DNA from: Nemertoderma westbladi
Lineage: Eukaryota > Animalia > Xenacoelomorpha
Assembly: GCA_032718475.1 (NCBI GenBank)
Contig: JAUCBJ010001166.1
Span: 62,001 to 126,000 of the forward strand
DNA: 64,000 nt
Direction: 5' to 3'
Shown: piece after piece, positions 11,907 to 24,659 of the stretch
Layout: each line of letters starts with the position of its first letter
Numbering within the stretch: the first letter of the stretch is position 1
Translations under genes and position numbers: made by a program
The notes under the pieces: generated by a model
Seen by the model: the letters and a program-made list of their open reading frames with translations, nothing else
The model's database searches: none
What the model was told of the DNA's origin: nothing

Positions 11907-14900
11907 TCATACAGTCTTTGTCCTAATGCGATCGCCACGTCTCAAGATAGGAGTTATTGGTGGAAGTTGGTTCGATGGAAAGAGTTTCTCATGATCGTCG
12001 CTAGGTGGCGTACTTCCTTGGCTATCATGGGCTGGGCGTAGAAATCGGCGAATTCGCATCTGTAGCCGATCAGATGGCAACTTGACGAAATAATCGAGGT
12101 GCTTTCCTGTATCCATTATAACCCCTGTATGAGACCATCGTTTGGAGATAGGGTTCTGGATAAGCACTTTGGTTCCAACTGGTAGTTTTTTGAGCTCCCG
12201 AGTAGTTCGATTGTAACGAATTTGTGCCTGCTTAGAAGCATGCCAGGCAATTTCGTTGGCTTTCTCAGCAGTCTGTTGCCATTCTGGGGCAAAGGAGTGG
12301 AAATGGGCTGGAACCTGGGACCACAAAGGATGTCCATAGACAATTTGGGCGGGTAATTGTCCGTTTTGCCGTTGAGTGTTGCGCAACTCGAATAGGCCCT
12401 CTAGAAAAGGCTCAGTATCTATCTTGCCATCATCGGCCTTGGCAACAAGATTTTTCAATATCTTGACGTTAATCTCGGCATGGCCGTTGGATCTTGGGTT
12501 ATACGGGCTGGATGGTTCCCATAGAACACCCCAATTATCACAAAATTCCCGAAAATGTTTCGAATTAAACTGTGGTCCCCCATCAGAGCGGAGGTGTACG
12601 GGAACTCCAGTCTGGACAAAATATTCTCGTATTCGGGCGGTGACCTGGCTGGAGGATGGGTCAGAATTCCATCTCGATATAAAAGGGAAACCGGACAGTC
12701 GGTCAGTATAAACTAAATAGGTGTGACCGCCATATGCGAATAAGTCGTTGGAAACTGACTCAAAAACTCGTGTAGGAATTGGGTCACATGTATAGGGTTC
12801 GCTGGGGTTGCTAGGCAACCGTTCATTGCATTTAACGCACGACCTAACTATATTCTCAAGGTCACTGTTAATGGCCGGCCAATAAACGCATTCTCGAGCG
12901 CGGCGTTTTGACCTTTCAATCCCCTGGTGGGAATCGTGGATCCGTTCTAGAACTTCCTTTCGACATTCCTGGGGAATTATAATTCGTCTACCAAAAATAA
13001 CCAACCCCCTGTCGACAGATAATTCAGTCCACACTTTTTTCAGCTGTTGAACAAGGCGATTGTTAACTGAGTCACCTTGAAAGTCACACACAATCGCACT
13101 AATTAGGGCCAAGTAGTCGCTATCTTGGGCAGCTACCTTCCTAATGCGTTCTAGAATGGGGTCAATGTAAGTCGGATTAGTGTCACCGTCTGACAAAGCA
13201 GAGAAAGTACATTCCACGGCAGCCGACATATACTGGGTGGTGATCACACAGTCATTCTCGTCTGTTGAGCAGGGATCAGACACTGGTGCATGGGACAAGG
13301 CGTCTGGAATACAGTGCGATTTACCTTCACGCCATTGCACCTCAATATTGTACGCACTTAATTTCATCTTTAAATTTTGCAGTCTGGGATTTTCTACCAT
13401 GTCCAATGTGTAACTGTTTAGTATCGGCAGTAGAGGGCGATGATCGGTAATAATTATAAAGCTAGGTAATCCAGACAAATAAAGTTTACACTTCTGTGTT
13501 GCATACACCATAGCAAGGGCCTCTAATTCTAATGTCGCATATCTGGTCTCACTGTCAGTCAAAAAACGAGAACCACATTGCACTAGTTTCCAACAACCAT
13601 CGCACTTCTGTCGTAATGAAAATCCCAATCCCTTAGTCCTAGAAGCGTCAGTTTCTAGAATAGTGGGGGCGGCAGGGTCAAATGTTGTCAATACCGGGGG
13701 TGAAATTAGTGCCCCCTTAACTTTATTAAAGGCCACCTAATGGTTTTTTGTCCAAATAAATTCGTTTCTTTGTTTCAAAATATCACGCAGTGGTCCAGCG
13801 GCACCACTTATCTCATTAGAGAAGGAGGCTAGTTGCTGCACCAACCCCATGAACGAATGTAGCTCAGTGCGGTTGGTAGGACTCGGAAAATTAGAAATAG
13901 CAGCAACTTTTTGGGGGTCCGCCTTTATTCCATCAGCGGAAACTAAGTAACCTTTAAATTTGACCTCCTGTTTGGCGAATTTAAATTTATTTGGATTTAA
14001 AGTAATATTGTGTTCGAAGCTACGTTCTAGAACATCGCAGACACGATTAACGTGGTCATTAAAACTCTTATCCTCAATGAGAATGTCGTGTACCAATTTA
14101 TGTACATTCTCACAATCACCTAGGACCAGATCACCACGTAAGTTGTACGCATCTCCCGTACCAATAAAGCCCATTGGACCCCTCAGAAAGATATAGCGAC
14201 CCCAGGGAGTGATAAAACAAGTTAAATCCTGTGAATCGCGTTCCAGTGGCACTTGCCAATAACCCGACTTAGCATCTAGGGTCGTAAAGATTGTTGAGGC
14301 AGGAGAAATTTCAGCCACAACCCCGCTAGGAGACTTCCCGGGATGGACCACACGTTCGACCTGTTTATTTAGATTGGTAAGGTCCACACACAACCGTATA
14401 CCACCATCAGACTTGGAGGCAACTACCAGTGGGTGACACCACTCAGTGGGTCTGTCTCCTACATGTTTAATAACACCATGGGCAACCCATACGTCGAGCT
14501 CAGTTTTAACCAGTTCTCTTTTAGCAAATGGGATGGCGCGTGCTGAATGAACTGCAAAAGGTTTGCAGTCGTCTTTTAGGTAAATTTTCATAGGGTCACC
14601 TACAGTTTGACCAGACATTACCCGCAGTTCAGATTTTGAATCAAAAACTTTACTATAAACATTACAGAGTTTATTATAGACCTCCTTTATGACCCGTTCA
14701 GAGGGAAAGTCTGGTAGCCCTGACAGCCATTTCAGTCTGTCTCTCACGGTAAACAATGGCTGAGTGCTGGGCTTGTCTGGCATTAGGCATGCTGACATAT
14801 TAACATTAGATTTATCATGTTTACCGTTAATTAATGGTGGAGGGTTCGGAAAATTGTGCGAAACAATTTCGAGAGCCTTGCACATATCAAGTGAAATATA

Positions 14901-15389
14901 TAAATGTGCAACACCTTCATACACTTTAACTTCTTCCAAAACTTTTCTACCTTCTAGAATAAAATAAAATGATACACAACCAAGTTGATTTAGCATTTTC
15001 CCATTGATGCTGATCAACTTGTCATTGTTGGGGGGAATTAAATTCGCAACATCAATTCCGAGATCTAGTAATAGCTGGATCCCAGAAACTGTACATTCAG
15101 AACCTGTGTCTGGAATGGCAGGTTGGCAGCCAATAAGAATGCCGTCGGCTGGGTGATAAAGCGAAACATTGACTCTTGGTGGCTTATCACTGCTGACAGT
15201 GGCCACACTTAAGGCTGAACTCGTCAGAGTATTGGATGAGCCTGAGTTCCGTGTGGCAGCAGGTTTAGAGTGACAAACCTGCGCGAAGTGGTTGCGTTTG
15301 TGGCATTTCATACAGATCTGGTTTTTGGCAGGGCAAGGTTTACCGTCTATATGTTTAAAGTAGCCACAAGAAGGACATTTGGCCTCCAA
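11907..15389 (-). pseudogene. pol: Gypsy-2 zinc knuckles, protease, RT, RNase H and integrase; one in-frame stop at 13737-13739
   Basis: CxxCxxxxHxxxxC, PDTGS, RLCVDL, LDAKSGYWQ, ETDAS, SDGGPQF, SNGHAE; RT catalytic DD reads HD. Confidence 0.92.
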
Positions 15390-16400
15390 TTGTCCCCGTC
15401 TCGATTGCGATCGATTTGTTTTACTTTTAGATCACTGTCCTCGTGGGAAAGCGTTGTGTTTAAAACCTTGGCCCCGAAAATCTTCCCTATTCCTCGCGGA
15501 GTTGGAGCTGGTCACCTCCGATATAGCCAATCCATGGGAGCAACCGGTTAAAACACTTTTTACCTTGGCCCTGTGAACACGTGCAGTCTCCTCGCTTCTA
15601 CAAAATTTCACTGACTCTTCGTGATTGAGAGCTGGGAACTTGGTGAGTAAATCTTGGCATATTTGTTCGTTTGATATTCCCACTGTGATGAGTGTAGGCA
15701 TCCATGCATCCTCGTCCATCGATCTGAGCCCCGCAATGTTTGACGCTTCGCACAACGCGTGTAGAAATCGTCGAAGTTCTCTCCCTCCAGTTGTCTACAC
15801 AAAGTCAATTCGAGACGGTCCAAAGCAATGTTTTGTTTTCCTCGGAGATAGTTTTCAAACTCACCTAGTACTTTGTCCAAAGTACGCGGAGTATCTTGCG
15901 GAATGTGGACAGCGTGCTCCATTTTCGATAGCAGCGCGGGTGTACAATATCCGAAGAAGGCGGAAACCTGCTCATCTCGAGGTTGTTTACCGAGTTGGAC
16001 AACCTTGGCGTCATTTCTCCACGATTTCAGCCAGATATTAAACTTCTGTATCGTGACATCGTCGTCAAGAGTTGGTGGTTTGTTCACCGGAGCTCGTGGG
16101 GCATTATCTGCTCGGGGGGAATGGGTATCCGTGGCTGTAGTCGGAGACTGGCCTGTTGGCTGCACCACGGCGTTCGACTGTCCCCTCAAAATCTGTAAAA
16201 CCGTGGAACGGAACCTGATTACCGAATCTGCGCATTGATTGTAGTCTGTCTCCTCTGCCGCACAGTCAACGTCATTGGTCTGTAGATTTATTAGAGACTC
16301 GCCGACACATTCGAAGGCAGTTTGAACCTTTGCGAGTAACTCCTGCAGGGAGTCGAGAACAACTAGGTTGAACAGTTTGGGTATCCTGTCAGATATTGTC
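15390..16400 (-). pseudogene. gag: Gypsy-2 gag (frameshifted)
   Basis: PPTLD...F..W...W; QLEGENFDDFY; lies between the PBS and pol. Confidence 0.8.
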
Positions 16401-16895
16401 GATCAGTGCAACTAATTGATTCGAGTTCCGAGTGTAGGCAGACTTGTACCCTGAGTGACTCTTTCTCAGGCGACGAGCGAGTTCCGAGTCAGCCATCAGG
16501 ATGCGGGATTTAGGCCTAGGGCAGTAGGGGCTGTTACCGGTAGAAATACGTTTTTAGTTCAGGGTAATTCCGAAACGAAACTGTAAACTCTTCCGTCGTT
16601 CCAAACTAATAGTTTGAACCGCTAAGTTCAGACACACTGCGCCATGTTGTGTTTTGTATACCCGGAATATAATAAACGCATATCAGTATAACTAAAATAT
16701 AGCCTCCATATATAATCTTGTAATCATATCTGCATATAGCAGTGCTGCAGTATACAACATGTACTGCAATAGGCATAGTAGTGCAGAATACAAACTACTG
16801 ATTCCTGGCTATCAGGTACATGACTAAACTCATTTCAAGAACATATCTACTGTATGTTATATCAAAATCCCCTTCACCAAAATACACATACAACA

Positions 16896-17964
16896 GTTCT
16901 TGTAGACTTGGAAGCCCAGGGTAACGGTCTCCAGTGACTCGAGTTGTTCTGTTGATGAAACAACCAGAGCGTTCTCGAGTTCGGTTCCAGCTAGGACCGA
17001 CCAGACTTCGGCGTTGTTGGTTGTGGTGTGGTCCTCCATGTAGCATAGTGCCGGGGGTGCGGCCGCTGCGTGGGCCTGTGGGGGGCGGGGTCCGGGACAC
17101 ATCCTGTCATAGTGTCCAACCAGTTTACAGTGGCGGTACCACGCGTCTGTGCCGGGGCAACGTTGGCCCGGTCTGTGTGGGGGATAGCCGCATTTGGTGC
17201 AGGTCGGGCCCACTGGGATAGTGTTGGAGTGAGGGCTCCGGTTGCCTTTCCGTCGTTTATCCGACCTTGCCTCTGCCTTAGCTGCCGTAGGTGCCGGTGT
17301 GGAGGAGAAGGAGAGTGAGGCTGCATCCTTCCGTCCACACGGTTTGGGCGAGGTTGAGGGCGTTGGTGATCGAACTTCCTGCAGGGAGCCGGAGTAGGTG
17401 CTCAGTAACCTCTTTATCGCTGAAGCCAGCGATAAATTGGTCGAGCAGTCTGTCGTTGCGATGGGCATCCGGAGTCAGGAGTGCCTCGAATCCGCATTTC
17501 GAAGCGATATCCCGGAGGTTAACCAGGAATGTCTCCGGAGTTTCCTCAGGTAGGTGGGATCGGCGCGCCAGTTCCCGCCGGTGGACGCGTTTATTGGTCC
17601 CACCGTCGATATGGACGCCGAGTAGTTGGATGATAACATCGGTATCTGCATTGTCGATGGCGGACAGGCCCAAACCCTTGACGACTGCGTTTGTTGCGCG
17701 GGAGAAGGCGGTGGTCAGAGTTGCCCGCCGTATGCGGTTTGTTGCCGCTAGAAGAGCTGCCGATACGGTTGGGTCAGGTGGATCAGCTGAGTCAGTGACA
17801 CGCAAGTTTCCAAGTCCAGAGGTGATGAGGAAAGCGTCCCACTCGTCTCGCCACAGCTCCCAGGTGGAGCATTCCGATTCCAGATCGAATGGGGGTGGCG
17901 AGTTTCGTAGAATGAAGGAGAATGGGTCGCGGTTGTCATTTGCTCTTGCCATATCCAATATCAA
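16896..17964 (-). pseudogene. gag: Gypsy-1 gag with two zinc knuckles
   Basis: PPPF...W..W..F; ETF...LRDIASKCGF; DQFIAG; CTKCG..H...CP and CKLVGHYDRMC. Confidence 0.88.
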
Positions 17965-18507
17965 ATATCGGTATCACGGTATCAGCAAATAGTTTATTAC
18001 GATATTAATTGCCGATATTATTTATTAAGGTAATAAAGTGCGGTAGCAATTGCAGAGTTGTGAGTTAGGCCGAGTACAAAGTGCAGTACTGCATGGGCAA
18101 GTAGGTAAGTACTGAAACTGCGCCATATGTAATGATGGAACGGTTCTGCCTGTCCAATCTAACCAGACTGCCATCAAACCGGTAGCCGGCCTATATATTC
18201 AGATGAGTCTAATACACACTACGTGTATATCACACAGCCATGACTGTCCGTATAGTTATTGAACTCGTCGTTATATTATTTAATGCATTTAGTTTTTATT
18301 GCATATTAAAGTGTTTAACCAATTTATGTATGATAATACAAAAATAATAAATATAAAGAACAAAGAATAAATAAATAAAGAATACAATTTGTTATGTAAC
18401 AATTATTATTAATACAGGTGAATAAATAAATAAAAATAATAAATACATTTTACATTATTATAGGACAAATTGGTGTTCGTAATATATGGAAGGTCCCCTA
18501 ACGTTAA

Positions 18508-19680
18508 CCCTAATACCACTGGGGGGGGGGGGGCCGAATCGGCCCCTTCCTAGTTTTTAGTTGCTGTAACTATGCAACCACATTACGTACCGGCCCAATT
18601 TATATTGAGAATTAGCCAAATTTAATGCCGCATCTTTTGCAAAAAACGACGTTGCAATTGGATTTCTACTTTTCGATGTGGGTGCCACCTCAAAATTTGG
18701 TCTCCAGCACCAAATTTTTTGAAATTTTCGAATTTTACAAAGTCTTCGTGATTTAGTAATTATTTATGTTTGGGCTATTTTAATTTATTTTTATTGGTTT
18801 GGATCACTCTAATGCTCTATACAAGTATGTAAGTGTAGTGGTACGTCATTTTGGAACACCAAAATTAGGGCGTGGCACTTTAAAATTTCAAAATTACTTT
18901 ATTCGGAAAATTTACGAAAGTTTTGATTTCGAAGCATTTTTATTGATTTCTGGAGCGCTGAATCGATCGATTGAAAGTAATATAGAAAGAAGCCTGAAGA
19001 CTTAGTGGTTCATTTAATTTTTCAAAATTTGAAGTGCCACGCCCTAAGTTTGGTACATCAAAAATGGCTAACCTCTAAGTCTTCAGGCTTCTATATTACT
19101 TTCAATCGATTCAGCGGTCTAGAAAACCTATATAAATGCGTTAAAATTTCAATTTTGGTTTATTTTCCGAATCTCGTATTTTTCAAAATTTGAAGTGCCA
19201 GGCCCTAATTTTGGTGCACCAAAAATGGCGAACCACTAAGTCTTCAGGCTTCTATATTACTTTCAATCGATTCAGCGGCCCAGAAAACCTATAAAGATGC
19301 GTTGAAATAAAGAATTAGGGGCATTTTCTGAATATCTAATTTTTCAAAATTTGAAGTGCCACGCCCACAATAGCATCCACTTCAATTTTTGGAAATGGAA
19401 TATAATCACATTCGATTCAGCGTCTTGTAAAACCTACTAAATCTAGCCAACACTGCCACACTATTAGTTTTTAGAAAACGAAAAATTTTGTAATTTCATC
19501 CTGGGACTACTTTTATTTTTCATCAAAATTATGATTCCCTGCTTATGAAATTTTAACTTTTTAAGGATTGGTAGTGTTCATCTAGAGTTGTTTCACCAAC
19601 AGCCCAAATTTTGTAGGATTTCATTGGACGATTACAAAAATATAGTGGTGGGGCGAATCGCCCCCCCCCCCCCCCCCCAC
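18508..19680. mobile_element. TTAA-type (piggyBac-like) non-autonomous element, right end lost
   Basis: TTAA|CCCTAATACC start, G-run/GCCGAATCGGC motif, internal direct and inverted units of about 150-170 bp; similar layout to 59923-61482. Confidence 0.6.
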
Positions 19681-21462
19681 ATACATATATACATACACAC
19701 ACATACATACATATTTTGGCCCATACAAACCTTGTCCTCTATAAAGTACAGTTATTGGCCGTAGACGAAGACCCCATACACAGGACGATGGTCCGAATGG
19801 GACGAAGGTCCGAACAGGATGAAGGTCCGAAAAAAAAGCGACCCAGATGGCCACTTTCGGGCCTTTATCCCATTCGGACCTTCGTCTCATTCGGACCTTC
19901 GACCCAATACCCAGTATAACCTATTCGTCCCCCTTAATTTATATTTAACCTTCGGTATCTTGAAATTTCGGGCAAATAGTGCTTTTTCCCAAAACTGTAT
20001 TTTTTATTTACTTCCTCAAACTATTTGTTATACAGTAGGCCTATTGGTGATATAAAATGTTTATTTAATTAAGTCTATATTTGCAGTACCTAGATAATCG
20101 ATAAAAACTATTTATATTCTAAATAATAAATGGTTTGTTGAATCGAGTAATAAAGTGTTTTTTACAATGAAGTGAATATATAATTGGTATAATCTTAGTA
20201 AATAGTGCATTTCTACATACCTTACTACCTAAAGTATCTTGTTTTTAGCTAGGGTATAATTTATGACGAGAGTCGAGGGGTTAAGTTAAGACATAAATTA
20301 AAGTTGAGACAGTTAAGACAGTTTGCTGTAATTGATTTACATTGATTTGCGGCAATGTTAAATACTGAATGAAGTAACGTGGTTTTACCATTCATTTTTA
20401 ACTAATAATACAAATCTGGGTTGTAGCTTGTAGACCTGAGGATGGGTTTTGCAAGTTTAAGGAAAGTCGACCTAAAATCTGTAAAAATGTTATTATTTGG
20501 TTCTGCAATGAAAAGGTGTGTAATATTCTTACTTTTTCTTCAGAAGTAACGTTTATATTGTATTATATACCCAACCCATATAAGATGTTAAATGAATGTT
20601 ATAGTTCTATTCGTGTGTGAACCACATCGGGATGTAGTTATTCGTTAAGTTGAAGGCTGACAGTTGGTAATGGTATTTTGACGTTTGAAAGATCATGAAT
20701 CTTGCCTTACATGTCTTTTATCACCGTGAAATTAAGCCATTTCGCATGGTGGGGCATGTTAATACTTAATAAGAAAAGCATTGTAGAAATGTATATGGTC
20801 AAATTACTTAGAAGATGCGCTTTTCCCCTTTCAATGTTTCCAGAAAAACTTACATATTCATTAAAATTGGATAATATTAATTGGATTTTGACTGGATGAG
20901 GAGTCAGGCATGATACGCATCCACTGGCTGTGAAATAAGAGAATGTGTAGCGGGGTGTTACCCAACGGATGGGGCAGTAGTGAACCTCTTATGCTTGGAA
21001 GAATTATGTTACATGGAATTTAATGTACCTATTCGTCGTCGTGCCAATATTGTTTAAAGTTTAAATTTATCTTTACTCTCGATATTTTTAACCTCGCAAT
21101 ATCTTTACTAGCGATACTTTTACGTATAATACGCATAATTTTGAACTCGTGATATTATCGACATTTTTTAACAAATTATATTTTAAACTCTCAATATTTT
21201 TACTCGCCATATTTTTAATGTCTCGAAATTTTAAAATGTAACCAAATTTTCTACATAATGAGGACAATGAATCATTTCTACCGAGGTCGCTTTAAGGTCT
21301 TTGTCATCATCTTCTTTCACGAGATCTTTGTCAGAGCTTTGGCATGTTCTTATACCATCATAATGAAGGTTAATGATGGTAACACTTCCTACTGACTCCA
21401 GAATTGGAATAAGGAAAATTAATTCAGGTTTAAATCTAAAAAATCAACAATCACTGCGCTAC

Positions 21463-22760
21463 AGATGCTACTCTAGATACTGTACTACTGATATTATAGA
21501 TGCTACTCTGGGTACTACTGATATTATAGATGCTACTCTGGGTACTACTGATACAGATGCTACTCTGGGTACTACTGATACAGTTATTCTGGGTACTACT
21601 GATACAGATGCTACTCTGGGTACTACTGATACAGATACTCTGGGTACTACTGATACAGATGCTACTCTGGGTACTACTGATACAGATGCTACTCTGGGTA
21701 CTACTGATACAGATATTCTGGGTACTACTGATACAGATGCTACTCTGGGTACTACTGATACAGATGCTATCTGGGTACTACTGATACAGATGCTATCTGG
21801 GTACTACTGATACAGATGCTACTCTGGGTACTACTGATACAGATGCTACTCTGGGTACTACTGATACAGATATTCTGGGTACTACTGATACAGATATTCT
21901 GGGTACTACTTATACAGATATTCTGGGTACTACTGATACAGATGCCACTCTGGGTACTACTGATATTATAGATGCTACTCTGGGTACTACTGATACAGAT
22001 GCTATCTGGGTACTACTGATACAGATGCTACTCTGGGTACTACTGATACAGATGCCACTATGGGTACTACTGATACAGATGCAACTCTGGGTACTACTGA
22101 TACAGATGCTACTCTGGTTACTACTGATACAGATATTACTATGGTTACTACTGATACAGACAGACTCTGGGTACTACAGATACAGATGCTACTCTGGGTA
22201 CTACTGATACAAATGCAACTCTGGGTACTACTGATACAAATGCAACTCTGGGTACTACTGATACAGATATTCAGGGTACTACTGATAAAGATGCTATCAG
22301 GGTACTACTGATACAGATGCTAATCTGGGTACTACTGATACAAATGCAACTCTGGGTACTACTGATACAGATGCTACTCTGGGTACTACTGATACAGATG
22401 CTACTCTGGGTACTACTGATACAGATGCTAATCTGGGTACTACTGATACAAATGCAACTCTGGGTACTACTGATACAGATGCTACTCTGGGTACTACTGA
22501 TACAGATGCTACTCTGGGTACTACTGATACAGATGCTAATCTGGGTACTACTGATACAGATGCTACTCTGGGTACTACTGATACAGATGCTAATCTGGGT
22601 ACTACTGATACAGATGCTACTCTGGGTACTACTGATACAGACTCTGGGTACTACTGATACAGATGCCACTCTGTGTACTACTGATACAGATGCTACTCTG
22701 GATACTACTGATACATATGCTATCTGGGTACTACTGATACAGACAGACTCTGGGTACTAC
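21463..22760. repeat. 27-bp minisatellite GGTACTACTGATACAGATGCTACTCTG with 24- and 26-bp variants
   Basis: Dozens of directly readable tandem units. Confidence 0.97.
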
Positions 22761-22944
22761 ATGTAGATGAATTCAACTTTTTTTCTCATTTGATTAAAAC
22801 GTTAATTGATTGTTTGGTGGTATCTACAATAAGACTTTAATTGAGTTAATATTCTTTAATTAGTTTTAGTCAGTATGATTTAATTTCTTTTCGGATATAT
22901 GTATTAACCCCGTATAATTATTGTTCACAACCAACCTTAATATG

Positions 22945-23017
22945 ATTATAACTTATTGTTGGGCACAGCTTTGCAAAGTCGACAATGACGTCCAGATGGG
23001 ATCGAACTGGTGGACCT
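22945..23017 (-). mobile_element. Partial copy of the tRNA-derived SINE at 2941
   Basis: Reverse complement matches CCAGTTCGATCCC..GGACGTCATTG.CGACTTTGCAAA..TGTGCCCAACAA. Confidence 0.8.
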
Positions 23018-23439
23018 ATTTTCGCCCACGTCCAACCTTCACCAGCAAGGCACTCTTCGCCCACGAGTAACCTTCACCCATTAAGATTTGTGTTAGCAAC
23101 CAGTTTAGTTACAAATTGAGGGACAGGAGTAGGTTAAAGAGACGGGTTTTTCTAACAAAAACAATAAACGATGTTGTTACCAATTGAAGGAAAGGAGCAG
23201 GTCACAGAGACGACTTTTTCTAACAAAAACAATAAACGATGTTGTTACTAATTGAGGGAAAGGAGCAGGTTACAGACACGGCTTTTTCTAACCGAAACAA
23301 TAATTGTTTAGTGAGCGAAGGTTGCCTGCGGGCGATGGTATCCGCCGGGCTATAGTTGCTCATTTTGAAGGCGAAGATTGCTCCAGGCGAAGTTTTCTCG
23401 TGGGCGAAGTTTTCTCGTGGGCGAAGTTTGCTGCGTACC
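23018..23439. mobile_element. MITE/foldback-like element with TTCGCCCACG subterminal motifs
   Basis: TTCGCCCACG motifs on the left, inverted CGTGGGCGAA motifs on the right, internal direct repeats of about 65 bp. Confidence 0.6.
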
Positions 23440-23473
23440 ATCACGGCCACAATGATTAATAATACACTCTAAC

Positions 23474-23644
23474 CTTAATATGGTATCTTCGATTTTATGT
23501 GCCGCTGCAATTCTTTCATCCTTTTCCGGGTATTCACCAAGCAGCTGTTTAATTTCTTGCTTTACGGCCTTGGTGAGGTTACGCGAATCTATTGCTTCAA
23601 GGAGTTCGGTATTACCTGAATACTCGTCGCGAAGATAACTCATT
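23474..23644 (-). CDS. DEG/ENaC channel gene, probable coding exon 3
   Basis: 171 nt bounded by TAG acceptor and GTTAGA donor, phase 2-2, matching exon 2; ends AAHKIEDTIL, like the H.ledmi motif before the extracellular Cys. Confidence 0.65.
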
Positions 23645-24659
23645 CTATTATTGAATACAATTAATTGTATTTATATAAGTTGAATCCTCAGTAACTACTA
23701 GCGATAGCTTGTGTAGGATTCTCATAAATAAATAATTATTTTATTTTGGTTTATTATTTTATTATCAACGCACAACACTTACTTGTTAAAATTATTTATT
23801 AAGGTTCTTTAAGTAAGGTATCTGAGCAAGGCATCATGTGTGGTTTATAAATTAGGATTTGTATGATAAATTGTAATTGAATTTTATCTTCTATAGTCGA
23901 ATGTTCGAGAGTGGTTGATCAATAGGAGAATTTTAAGAGCGATTTTGCCAGGTATTTTAATTTAAAATATATTTATTTCTAACAACAAGTCACTTAAGGC
24001 TATCGTTGATTTACTTACACATTGGAAACAACGTAATAATACCATTTAACACATAATAAAGATACTAGAACAGAACAGAGACTCTATAGACCAGAATCTG
24101 AATGATGCACATCAATACATTATTGATAAGTATAATATACTTAATCAATATAATTAATTAATTCCATATATTATATTGAATTCACATAAAAATTAAATTT
24201 AATCACAATTAATAGAGACATATTAAGTGGTTTGAATTGTAGCTGCTCGTAATTTTAACGCTATATAAATATATTGCTAAGTTATAAATGACTTTGCAAT
24301 ACAAGGAACCAAAGTCTGTATGTCACTCTATGGGCTATCGATAGGGAAATATTGTTAATATAGGTGGGGTGAAGACAAATACTAGTGACATAAAATACAT
24401 AAGTTTGTTGCGATATTTCGGCCAACAGCCTTTTATTCAAGCAACTAGACTGTACTACCACACTACTGAAACTATACGCACTACTTCCTATGAACTACTG
24501 CTACTGCTATACTGATTATTGCACCAATTCATATACTGTAGGTATTCAGGTGGCACGGCCTATTATTAACACATGTAAGCGGTATTATTATTTAGTTATA
24601 AATGAACTTGAGTATTAATATAAATTTAAATTTAAAAAGCACAATAAATATTTACCAAC

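Larger units (their letters stand above)
11625..16895 (-). mobile_element. Gypsy-2 LTR retrotransposon (Mag-like) nested in Gypsy-1
   Basis: 5' LTR 16645-16895 (251 bp, TG...CA); 3' LTR remnant 11625-11812 (1 mismatch seen); PBS TGGCGCAGT; PPT at about 11813-11825. Confidence 0.93.
5688..18236 (-). mobile_element. Gypsy-1 LTR retrotransposon (Mag-like), decayed and interrupted
   Basis: 109-bp TG...CA LTRs at 5688-5796 and 18128-18236 (6 mismatches by eye); PBS TGGCGCAGT next to the 5' LTR; PPT AAGGGGTA next to the 3' LTR; gag, RT, RNase H and integrase remnants; no clean TSD. Confidence 0.92.
5424..19911. mobile_element. Mutator/foldback-like non-autonomous DNA transposon, expanded by nested insertions
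   Basis: Perfect 9-bp TSD CAGTATAAC (5415-5423 and 19912-19920); GG...CC ends; imperfect TIRs built from tandem GGACGAAGGTCCGAA motifs. Confidence 0.8.

Noticed and set aside
13737-13739. Programmed stop readthrough in Gypsy-2
   Set aside because: The stop lies between RT and RNase H, not at a gag-pol boundary, and other lesions are present; a nonsense mutation is simpler
5881-17992. Many plus-strand ORFs over the Gypsy elements
   Set aside because: Antisense shadow frames of GC-rich gag/pol with no recognisable motifs
21373-22766. Repetitive proteins (GTTDTDATL, LLWVLLIQM)
   Set aside because: Translations of a minisatellite; 26-bp units break the frame
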